DNA from: a virus
Lineage: Duplodnaviria; Caudoviricetes
Reading direction: 5' to 3' (one strand)
Length of the DNA stretch: 64,000 bases
Virus record (IMG/VR): IMGVR_UViG_3300025676_000004
Location: 1 to 64,000 of that record
The notes below the pieces were generated by a model. That model saw only the letters and a list, made by a program, of their open reading frames with translations, made no database searches and was not told the DNA's origin. Positions within the stretch are counted from its first letter, which is position 1, and every line of letters starts with the position of its first letter. Positions 1 through 7,781 of the stretch are shown one piece after another. The translations under genes were made by a program, and so were the position numbers.

Positions 1-1
1 C

Positions 2-220
2 TTAATCCTAAAGACAGGAAATGCGGGTGCAGTATTCGCAACAGTCATTGATTATGCAAAGTATGTGGTCAAGCAAGAAGAAGTAAAAGAAATCCTATTC
101 AGTGGTAAAGAAAAGTCACGGAAATCTCTATACAAAGCAATGTTAAAGAGAATGAAGAGGATGGGCATAATTAAAAGTTTTGAGCAACAAACCAATGGAT
201 TTGTGGCACATGTGGACTAA
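2..220 (+). CDS. 3' end of a hypothetical phage protein (truncated by the window edge)
   Basis: Frame 2 is open from the window start: ...LILKTGNAGAVFATVIDYAK...FSGKEKSRKSLYKAMLKRM...VAHVD, stop TAA at 218-220. Confidence 0.7.
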   Translation, partial: LILKTGNAGAVFATVIDYAKYVVKQEEVKEILFSGKEKSRKSLYKAMLKRMKRMGIIKSFEQQTNGFVAHVD

Positions 221-275
221 GTAAAATGAAATCATTCAAACAATAATATCAGGTATGAAGGGAGATTACCAATAA

Positions 276-794
276 ATGAATAGAAATGTCCTCTTGTTAA
301 ATTCAAGTGAGGAAATTCTTCAAGTTATAGATTGGAAGAGAGCAGTTAAGTTGCTCAAAAATGGTAAAGCGAAGAAACCATACAATTACAAAAAATCGTA
401 TTCTATAAGGACGACCAGTGGTGAGTATAAACTCCCTGCCGCAATCGTCCTTATTCGTTATGTGTATGTACCGTATAGTAATGATATGTCACCTTCAAGA
501 ACAAACATATTCAAGAGGGACAAATGGACTTGTCAATATTGTGGGTACAAATCAAAGAATCCTAAAAAATTAACAATAGACCATATTCATCCAAAGTCAA
601 AAGGTGGTGGTACTCAATGGACAAATCTAACAACCGCCTGTCCCGACTGTAATATGAAAAAAGGCAATAATAATATTAAAGAATCTGGTATGAAATTGAA
701 AAATAAACCTTTCAAACCAAAGAAATTAATGATACAATTAGTAGGTTTAGATGAGAACGGTGTGGAATTGTGGGAACGGTGGATACATACATAG
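276..794 (+). CDS. HNH endonuclease (McrA/HNH_5-like)
   Basis: RDKWTCQYCG...LTIDHIHPKSKGG..WTNLTTACPDCNMKKGN is an HNH motif with Zn-binding CxxC pairs. Confidence 0.92.
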   Translation: MNRNVLLLNSSEEILQVIDWKRAVKLLKNGKAKKPYNYKKSYSIRTTSGEYKLPAAIVLIRYVYVPYSNDMSPSRTNIFKRDKWTCQYCGYKSKNPKKLTIDHIHPKSKGGGTQWTNLTTACPDCNMKKGNNNIKESGMKLKNKPFKPKKLMIQLVGLDENGVELWERWIHT

Positions 795-812
795 TATACG
801 GGAGTATTAATT

Positions 813-1106
813 ATGCCAACATATGAATATCAATGTAAAGAATGCGGTAATAGGTTTGACAAGTTTTGTAAAATGGATGAGAGAGAAAATCCAACAAAAC
901 TGCCTTGTTCAGAATGTGGGGAAAATGCAGTAAAACAAGGGTTTTTCACTGCACCTGTTGGTGGATATGATACAAATTTAAAACCACAAGCAGGGTTTGG
1001 TGAATTAATGAACAGTATAAAAAACAATGGGTCAGTCCCAAAAAGATTTCACGATAAACTAGATAGAGCGGCCGATAGAAGAGGCGGAAGGTACAACACA
1101 CAATGA
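813..1106 (+). CDS. FmdB-family zinc-ribbon protein
   Basis: MPTYEYQCKECG...PCSECG signature; GGAG RBS upstream. Confidence 0.85.
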   Translation: MPTYEYQCKECGNRFDKFCKMDERENPTKLPCSECGENAVKQGFFTAPVGGYDTNLKPQAGFGELMNSIKNNGSVPKRFHDKLDRAADRRGGRYNTQ

Positions 1107-1489
1107 GCGATTTTCAACACGATATTCCAGAGGAATATACAAATTCTTCATTTGATTTTGGGTTCACAGCGGCCGATGAAAATGAATTAGGTAGTCTATT
1201 GGGTGCAGATGCTGAAACTGCTTCTGTTGATGAAATCTTAGATATTCAAAATAAACTATCACAGATACTATCAATGCATTCTACTTGTGAGGGTACAAAT
1301 GCTGTCAAAGAAGAATATGAAAATCTAATGAGTGTAAAAATGACAGAGATTGAAAAGGTTGTAATTCCTCTTCTAGTAAATCTCAGAAAGAATAAAGAAA
1401 AGGATTATTTATATTGGAATGGCGCACAGCGAGAAGCACAATGCAATCTTCAACTTGAAAAACTTCTAAATATAACAAGAAATAATTAA
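1103..1489 (+). CDS. Conserved hypothetical phage protein
   Basis: ATGA overlap with the upstream gene; DFGFTA and PLLVNLRKNKEKDYLYW motifs recalled from T4-like phage hypotheticals. Confidence 0.75.
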   Translation: MSDFQHDIPEEYTNSSFDFGFTAADENELGSLLGADAETASVDEILDIQNKLSQILSMHSTCEGTNAVKEEYENLMSVKMTEIEKVVIPLLVNLRKNKEKDYLYWNGAQREAQCNLQLEKLLNITRNN

Positions 1490-1499
1490 GGATTTTTAT

Positions 1500-3947
1500 A
1501 TGAAAACATTTAATAAAATAAAAGAACAAATTTTAATCGAATCCAATCAATGGGTTTTGGGTTTTGATTTTACTGTAGACTATACTAGTAAAGAGGGTCG
1601 TGCAATACAAGACGACCTCATAACCAAATTCAAGAAAATCTATAGTGGTAGTGGTTCTGGTGGTTCAGGATTTGATGTTTCTTTCCAAGGACCAAAGAAA
1701 GAAATTGATAAAGCAAAGAAGTATGTTGAGTCAAAATACAAGAGAGATATTGATAAAAAGTACACGAACTTATATCTTGACGAATCCGTAAAACTGGATG
1801 AAGCAAGTCAACTATTCGGTGGGGACACGAACATTCCTGCCGATAAGAAAACCAAAGGATATATCGAAAGTGGCAGAGCAAAGATTCTAATGAATGTGCA
1901 ATCTTCTCTCCATACTTCTGCTCGGTTTGTTGTGGCCAAAAACCCCAACACAGGTAGCAACCAAGACAAAGTATTGATGTTTACCATCAGTGACCCAGAC
2001 CGTGGTCGCATCAAGATGTTCGCATTCCACGGTAGTCATGTTAGTCATCAAAAGGCGATGGACTTTGCAAAGAGACATAAACTTGTTGCGAAGAAAGATG
2101 CAAAGGGAAATCCTCTCTATGCAAAAGAATCCGTTGAACTGGATGAAGCAAAAGTCCCGGCAATTACATTTGAATTCCCAGATGAACGAAGAGCAAGGCA
2201 ATTTGACTTAGACATTGAAAATTCTGCTATCGGTGTGGGTGACCAAATTGGGAATAGAGTAACCGTCACGGATGTTGAGACTAGGTGGCGTGCCGCTGTT
2301 AAGAAAGCAATGATAAAGAGTAAAGGCACAGTCGTAAAAGAATCCGTTGAAGAAGTAGATGAAATAGTATTTGCTCAACATAAAAAGTTGAAGAAAGCAG
2401 GAGGAAGACAACTCAAAGACCCAAGAACCGAGGTCATGGTAGTTGACGAAAAGGGAAAAGTGATTGTAATCGACAGAAAAGATTTGAAAAAATATGAAAA
2501 AGAAGGTTGGGAACTTGCTGAATCCGTTGAACTGGATGAGCGTTTAGCATACCACCACGAACCAGATGCAAGAATGCGGAAGGGTATCGAAAGTGGTAAA
2601 TATCCAATGGTCGCTTCCAAGAAATCCATTCTGGGTGGTAACACATTGTTTGGTGTTTTCCAATTTACTGGAAAGGCCGCAGGCGGTGGTCCAGAACCAG
2701 GCACAACCAGTGATAAAGGAATGAGATATAGTGTCGATGGATATGTAATGGCAATTGTAGACAAAAAGAACAAGGTTTTGGCCTATTACGGTTCACACCC
2801 TTCCCCTCAAGGTGCAATTGATAAGTACGGCCGATTTCATGGACTTATTGGTGAATCCGTTGAACTGGATGAACGACTAAGTGACAGAGAAATGGATACT
2901 TTCAATAAAGCACACACTGCTCTACATACCAAATATCACAAACAGGCATTACAGATTATTAAGTTTATCGACAGTGTAGAAAAGCATAAACAAAAATGGG
3001 TAGATTCATTTGGTGATTATGTCACTCCGAAAATGAATCCAGAATTGGCGTTGTCTAACCCCAACAGTGTTGAATATCAACAAGGTAGAGGTAGAGGTGA
3101 TTGGTCTTTCCTCATTGGACACGGCAAGGTAAGATACAATAACAGGGATATGCCGTGGAATCCAAAGAGTGGTGAACTTCCATTCGACAAGTTTATGAAG
3201 TTGCTTGATACTTGGAAGTCGGAAACTCTAAGAGAATCCGTTGAACTGGACGAAGTATCTCTGAAAGCAAAAGAATGGATTATTGTGGACAGAAAAACTG
3301 GTAAAGTTCTTTTTGGTCCTGATTCACACGATGCAGTAGAGAAGCAAGCAGAGAAGAAGCACGGTAGAAGATGGAACAACAAACTTACACTCACCCACAA
3401 CAAAGAGAAACTAAAAGTAGGTGAGGTTGACAAGTACTTTAAGAGAAGAGCAGAATCCGTTGAAGTGAATGAAGCAACAAAATGGAAAATGGGCGATGGT
3501 AGACCAAGAGGTGGTTCTCATATAGAGAATATCAGATTTTGGGATTTAACAAAAGATGAATTAGAATATATCATAAAAGATGCCGGCAAGGCAATGAAGG
3601 CAAATCCAAAAGCAAGAAAAGCAACTACTGGACCAGGCAATTGGGCTGACCAAGTTAATGATGCTCATACTGTTCTTGGATGGAGAAAGAAGAACGGTAT
3701 CAAAGAATCCGTTGAACTGGATGAAGCAAAAGCCTGGGATAATATTGTGAAAATCCAACAAGACCATACTGCGAAGAAGATTCACGGTATGTTGGTTGAT
3801 GCTCAAACTGCAAATGCATTGATTACGGTACACGATGCACTCAAAAAGAGTGGCAATAAGAAGACATTCATTGATACCATCAATAAGAATAAAGCAGGAT
3901 TGGTTAAGATGGTAGACTTTGCTTGGAAACAAGTAAGTTTTAAATAA
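1500..3947 (+). CDS. Modular polyprotein, putative internal head (ejected) protein precursor with 8 ESVELDE linkers
   Basis: 815-aa ORF with AAGGA RBS; MKTF...ILIE leader; eight ESVELDE-type linkers separate short basic modules. Confidence 0.8.
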   Translation: MKTFNKIKEQILIESNQWVLGFDFTVDYTSKEGRAIQDDLITKFKKIYSGSGSGGSGFDVSFQGPKKEIDKAKKYVESKYKRDIDKKYTNLYLDESVKLDEASQLFGGDTNIPADKKTKGYIESGRAKILMNVQSSLHTSARFVVAKNPNTGSNQDKVLMFTISDPDRGRIKMFAFHGSHVSHQKAMDFAKRHKLVAKKDAKGNPLYAKESVELDEAKVPAITFEFPDERRARQFDLDIENSAIGVGDQIGNRVTVTDVETRWRAAVKKAMIKSKGTVVKESVEEVDEIVFAQHKKLKKAGGRQLKDPRTEVMVVDEKGKVIVIDRKDLKKYEKEGWELAESVELDERLAYHHEPDARMRKGIESGKYPMVASKKSILGGNTLFGVFQFTGKAAGGGPEPGTTSDKGMRYSVDGYVMAIVDKKNKVLAYYGSHPSPQGAIDKYGRFHGLIGESVELDERLSDREMDTFNKAHTALHTKYHKQALQIIKFIDSVEKHKQKWVDSFGDYVTPKMNPELALSNPNSVEYQQGRGRGDWSFLIGHGKVRYNNRDMPWNPKSGELPFDKFMKLLDTWKSETLRESVELDEVSLKAKEWIIVDRKTGKVLFGPDSHDAVEKQAEKKHGRRWNNKLTLTHNKEKLKVGEVDKYFKRRAESVEVNEATKWKMGDGRPRGGSHIENIRFWDLTKDELEYIIKDAGKAMKANPKARKATTGPGNWADQVNDAHTVLGWRKKNGIKESVELDEAKAWDNIVKIQQDHTAKKIHGMLVDAQTANALITVHDALKKSGNKKTFIDTINKNKAGLVKMVDFAWKQVSFK
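1782..3725 (+). repeat. Eight dispersed in-frame 21-bp direct repeats, consensus GAATCCGTTGAACTGGATGAA
   Basis: Copies start at 1782, 2127, 2340, 2520, 2853, 3234, 3453 and 3705; spacings 345, 213, 180, 333, 381, 219 and 252 bp are all multiples of 3. Confidence 0.95.
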
Positions 3948-3968
3948 AAAGAGAACCGAATGGTTCTC
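3946..3968 (-). terminator. Rho-independent terminator hairpin, U-tract on the minus strand (possibly bidirectional)
   Basis: GAGAACC-gaat-GGTTCTC stem-loop at 3951-3968 with A5 at 3946-3950. Confidence 0.65.
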
Positions 3969-4067
3969 CTATGGTCCTTATAAATAATGTATAAACCTAA
4001 CACAGATATTTAGAATGAGTATCGTGAAGTGTCAAGGATAAAAATTGTTATTTTTGTAAAATAATAT

Positions 4068-4095
4068 TTGTAAATGTAAAAAAGTGAGGTATAAT
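4068..4095 (+). promoter_or_regulatory. Sigma70-like promoter upstream of the exonuclease
   Basis: TTGTAA (4068-4073), 16-nt spacer, TATAAT (4090-4095). Confidence 0.55.
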
Positions 4096-4096
4096 T

Positions 4097-4774
4097 ATGG
4101 TAATGATTAGTGAAAAGCAATATAACCACCTAGAAGTAGAAACGAAGTTTGATTCTTTGCCTGTTGAGCAGAGAAACGGCCTTCGTTTTTATCAATCCCC
4201 ATCGGGAAAATGGCTGCCATCTGTAACAACAGTAACAGGATGGAGCAAACGAGAATTCTTCAAAGAGTGGCGAACTAAACCAGGCAACCAAGCAGAATCT
4301 CGTAGATGTCTAACAAGAGGCAATGAACTTCATCAAATTATTGAAGATTACATCAATAACAAAGAAGACATATTTAAAACAAAACAGCCACAAAATATTG
4401 AATTGTTCAAACAACTCCAACCAGAACTACATCGCATTGACAATGTGGTATGTCAAGAAGTGCCATTATGGTCAGACACAGTTTCTTTGGCGGGTAGGGT
4501 AGATTGTATTGCAGAGTTTGACGGTAAATTGTCTATCATTGACTTCAAGGGTAGCAGTAAACCAAAAAAAGAAGAATGGATTGAAAATTACTTCCGACAA
4601 ACAACTGCTTATGCTATAATGTACCAAGAGAAAACAGGAATGAAGATTGATAATATTGTGATTATGGTTGCCAATGAAGATGGTTCAAATCAAATATTCC
4701 AAAAGAACCCAGTATATTATGTTGAAGGTCTATACAACGACATCAAAACATTTTATGAGGAAGTAGAATTATGA
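4097..4774 (+). CDS. PD-(D/E)XK exonuclease (Cas4-like), T4-like phage family; true start may be ATG 4103
   Basis: LPSVTTV, RGNELHQIIE, LAGRVDCIAEFDGKLSIIDFKGS and QTTAYA motifs. Confidence 0.88.
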   Translation: MVMISEKQYNHLEVETKFDSLPVEQRNGLRFYQSPSGKWLPSVTTVTGWSKREFFKEWRTKPGNQAESRRCLTRGNELHQIIEDYINNKEDIFKTKQPQNIELFKQLQPELHRIDNVVCQEVPLWSDTVSLAGRVDCIAEFDGKLSIIDFKGSSKPKKEEWIENYFRQTTAYAIMYQEKTGMKIDNIVIMVANEDGSNQIFQKNPVYYVEGLYNDIKTFYEEVEL

Positions 4775-5541
4775 ACTTGAATATGATTTCAAATTACTTA
4801 AAAGCAAAATGGTCGAAAGGAATCGACAACAAAAAAGTAGATGTCACAACAAAAGACATTCGTTTACTTGGTTGCTTTGGTGATGGTGATGTGTTGTCGG
4901 TGTGTCCTGCGTTGCGGCCATCTGAAGAAAAGATGGGGAAGTTTTATTGCAACGATTGCAATTGTGGCGACAAAGCAAGCACTTGGTTGAATGGTGATGA
5001 ACAAGATTATACAAAATTAGACCATCCATATCTTTCTTGTCCACGAAAAATGCCTGGATTTAGTGATTATGAATCTTCAACAGATGAAGATAATGTTCAA
5101 GAACAAAGAAAGAAATCAATTGAAGTTATGTTGGGTGATATGGTTCTCAACAATAAACAATTGATTCGACCAGAAATGCCTGAAGAAGAGAAAGCAAAAC
5201 TTGCTAAACAGAGAGCAGAGCAAACAGAAAAAGATAAAAAATGTCCCTCTTGTGAATTGAAAAAGAAATTGCGTGAAGATATCATTGAAGAACTTCAGAA
5301 AAACGGATACACCCCCAATTGGGAAAACGAAACATATAAAGAAATGTTTATGACTTTATGGAATGTTCGTGTTAAAAGTATTGAGTCAAGAGAACCCAAA
5401 AAAGAAGGCGGATGTCCTTCTTGTGAAGCAAAAAAACAATTGCGTGACAAAATTATACAAGAACTTCTTGATGAAGGTATAGAAAAGAATTCATTGGAAT
5501 TTAATAAGAAGTTTCAATCAATATGGGAATCACGAACATAA
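4771..5541 (+). CDS. Hypothetical Cys-rich (metal-binding) protein with duplicated C-terminal CPSCE module
   Basis: CPAL, YCNDCNCGD, LSCP motifs; CPSCE.KK.LR..II.EL occurs twice. Confidence 0.75.
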   Translation: MNLNMISNYLKAKWSKGIDNKKVDVTTKDIRLLGCFGDGDVLSVCPALRPSEEKMGKFYCNDCNCGDKASTWLNGDEQDYTKLDHPYLSCPRKMPGFSDYESSTDEDNVQEQRKKSIEVMLGDMVLNNKQLIRPEMPEEEKAKLAKQRAEQTEKDKKCPSCELKKKLREDIIEELQKNGYTPNWENETYKEMFMTLWNVRVKSIESREPKKEGGCPSCEAKKQLRDKIIQELLDEGIEKNSLEFNKKFQSIWESRT

Positions 5542-5547
5542 CAATAA

Positions 5548-6552
5548 TTATGTGTGATTCCAATATGTAACACTAATTGATGGTGCATATTGTGGAGGGG
5601 ATGAGGCAGAAGCGGCAAGTGGACTAGGTTCTGATTCTGTTGAGTAAAACGATAAAAATACAATACTATCGCTATTATCATATGTTTCGTCATCTCGCAA
5701 TCGAATCATTAATCTTAATTTGTTATTGTAGTTCGCAAATGCATCTTTCGCCGCATCTGTAATATCAAAATTAACAAGTTGTCCTGCGGTAACAGTTCTT
5801 CTTGTAGCACTTAAACCAAAATCATATAAATTATCAGTGTATGAATCATTGTTTGCACCAATAACACCACCACTTATATCTAACCATTGTGCAGTAGTTC
5901 CTGTGGGTACTGCATTATGTTCTGCTGTTGAACCTGTTGTACCAAGTCCTTGATTGTCCCATAGGTTTGAACCGTGTGTTCCACCTTCTGTTATGGCAAA
6001 TTCACCAGTTGAACCAAGTGTTGCAGTTCCAGAATAATCATACTCCCACCAAGTAGCATTTTCGGTAAACACTTCATTTGCTGTAGTGCCTGGATGAAAA
6101 CGGTAAAAATCAAAAATATAATTACCTGTTTTTGGTACAGTGTTTGACTTATAGTAATATAATGAAAGTTGGCAACTTTCTAAATAATCACCATTTGTTA
6201 TACCTGCACTATTTAAATCAAATTCAAGAAGTGTCCTTGCAACATAATCACCATCTGCACCTGCTCCATCGTCAGGTGTGAGAAAACTTTTACTTAGTGT
6301 CCAATATCCGTGAGTTGTGCCCTTTGGCATAACACCTTGAAAATTTCCCTTTGCATCAAAACCAACCACCAGTGCTTTTGAATTTGGTAGTTTCCTATTT
6401 GGATTTTCTCTGTTTATTGAACAATCTTTATCAGGAAGAATCCTGCTATGACTTTTCTGTATGTAAACATTACCATCAGCATCCTTTGCGGATGTTACAC
6501 CATCAGCGTGGAGCATATGCTTTAATGCTTTTCTGGTCTGATGCCTTGCCAT
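5548..6552 (-). CDS. Putative virion protein with a DNRLRE/CBM96-like beta-sandwich domain
   Basis: ARTLLEFDL..CQLSLYY..ENATW..FDITD..RLMIRL..FYSTE..PSISVTY pattern; G/T-rich; downstream of a late-promoter-like site. Confidence 0.55.
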   Translation of the reverse strand: MARHQTRKALKHMLHADGVTSAKDADGNVYIQKSHSRILPDKDCSINRENPNRKLPNSKALVVGFDAKGNFQGVMPKGTTHGYWTLSKSFLTPDDGAGADGDYVARTLLEFDLNSAGITNGDYLESCQLSLYYYKSNTVPKTGNYIFDFYRFHPGTTANEVFTENATWWEYDYSGTATLGSTGEFAITEGGTHGSNLWDNQGLGTTGSTAEHNAVPTGTTAQWLDISGGVIGANNDSYTDNLYDFGLSATRRTVTAGQLVNFDITDAAKDAFANYNNKLRLMIRLRDDETYDNSDSIVFLSFYSTESEPSPLAASASSPPQYAPSISVTYWNHT

Positions 6553-6555
6553 TTA

Positions 6556-7461
6556 TTAACTACCGATATATCGAATTTTTGCTGAAGCGTTGTCCGATAA
6601 AATACAAACTTTATTTGCATCATCTACTTCGATGAATATAGTATCAAATTCTCTCAATGGGAATCCATTAGTATCTAATCCTGTTGATGTGTTCCCACCA
6701 ACATAAACATATTCAGATGTTGTTCCTGTGTCGAATGCTTGAATCCTAATACCACTTGAGAGTCCGTGTGAGTCTAAAGATATGCCAGCATCGAGTCCAG
6801 TTATTATTGCACCATTTGTCAATCCTGTTGGTAATACAACACTGATTGCTGGCATCGTACTTACGGTAACACCGCCACTGATTCCTATCAAGGAAGTAGA
6901 ATCAATGGAAACTTGCCCTGTAACACCAACTGCTGTACCACCTGTACCGTAAACTGCTACCCCTGTAGTCGAATTCACATTTGCAGTACCAAGAACATAT
7001 ACACTACCTGTTATGGATGGACTGCCACTGATTCCTATCAAGGAAGTAGAATCAATGGAAACTTGCCCTGTAACACCAACTGCTGTACCACCTGTACCAT
7101 ACACTCCAATTTGTGCGAATGCACCGTCTGTCGTTATACCTACGATTAAGTCTTCAACAATTGCACTTACGGTCAATCCTTCATCACCAGTTATTCGCAC
7201 TCTCATTGCAGTTACACCCGCAACTGCATCATAAGTCAATCCATTATAAACTTCTTCGATGTATCCACCTACTGTAGATGAAGCACTTAAATCTATTGGT
7301 AGAGGAGTCGCATTATCCACCCAATCCCAAGTTGTTCCACCGTTATCAAAAGCAAGTCCCATCATTTGATAGTGACCTGTAGTTCCTGTTGATTCAAAAT
7401 GGCTCTTAATTTCGTATATTCCACCGTTAGCGGAAATGTTTACATTGTCATCTATTGGCAT
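6556..7461 (-). CDS. Putative virion structural protein, G/T/S/V-rich, with an internal duplication
   Basis: 301-aa ORF; AGGAG RBS; TATACATA on the minus strand at 7494-7501. Confidence 0.7.
   Translation of the reverse strand: MPIDDNVNISANGGIYEIKSHFESTGTTGHYQMMGLAFDNGGTTWDWVDNATPLPIDLSASSTVGGYIEEVYNGLTYDAVAGVTAMRVRITGDEGLTVSAIVEDLIVGITTDGAFAQIGVYGTGGTAVGVTGQVSIDSTSLIGISGSPSITGSVYVLGTANVNSTTGVAVYGTGGTAVGVTGQVSIDSTSLIGISGGVTVSTMPAISVVLPTGLTNGAIITGLDAGISLDSHGLSSGIRIQAFDTGTTSEYVYVGGNTSTGLDTNGFPLREFDTIFIEVDDANKVCILSDNASAKIRYIGS
6874..7098. repeat. Exact 75-bp direct repeat (6874-6948 and 7024-7098)
   Basis: Identical gccactgattcc...cctgtacc segments 150 bp apart, encoding GTGGTAVGVTGQVSIDSTSLIGISG twice. 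Confidence 0.95.
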
Positions 7462-7493
7462 TTTACAAACTCCTTGATATTTTGTTTACCTAA

Positions 7494-7505
7494 TATGTAT
7501 AAATA
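7494..7505. promoter_or_regulatory. Overlapping divergent T4-type late promoters
   Basis: TATGTATAAATA = TATAAATA (+, 7498-7505) and TATACATA (-, 7494-7501) between divergent genes. Confidence 0.6.
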
Positions 7506-7508
7506 ATC

Positions 7509-7536
7509 TTGAACCACTTTACAAATATGGTATGAT
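7509..7536 (+). promoter_or_regulatory. Sigma70-like promoter with extended -10 for gp33-gp59
   Basis: TTGAAC, 16-nt spacer, TGn-TATGAT. Confidence 0.5.
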
Positions 7537-7559
7537 TACTTATATGAATGAGAGGATAA

Positions 7560-7781
7560 ATGATGATTTTTGAAGATTCTAATAAATTTGTGTCCGAAGT
7601 AGAGGACTATGTAAGAAGTAATGGTGGTGGATATATTGAAGCCATTTTGGAACTATGTGACAAGCATACTATTGAACCACAGGTGGCGGCAAAATTTTTA
7701 ACACAACCAATAATCGAGAAGATACAGGCAGAAGGCGAAGACTTCAATTTACTCCCAAGAGGGGCAAGACTACCGATATGA
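7560..7781 (+). CDS. gp33: Late transcription coactivator gp33
   Basis: YIEAILELCDKHTIEPQVAAKFL..IIEKIQAE..NLLPR; synteny 33-59-32. Confidence 0.88.
   Translation: MMIFEDSNKFVSEVEDYVRSNGGGYIEAILELCDKHTIEPQVAAKFLTQPIIEKIQAEGEDFNLLPRGARLPI

Noticed and set aside
1782-3725. The 21-bp repeats as a CRISPR array
   Set aside because: Spacers are 160-360 bp, variable and in frame within one ORF, and the repeat is not palindromic. The nearby Cas4-like nuclease is a common stand-alone T4-like phage gene and no other cas genes are present.
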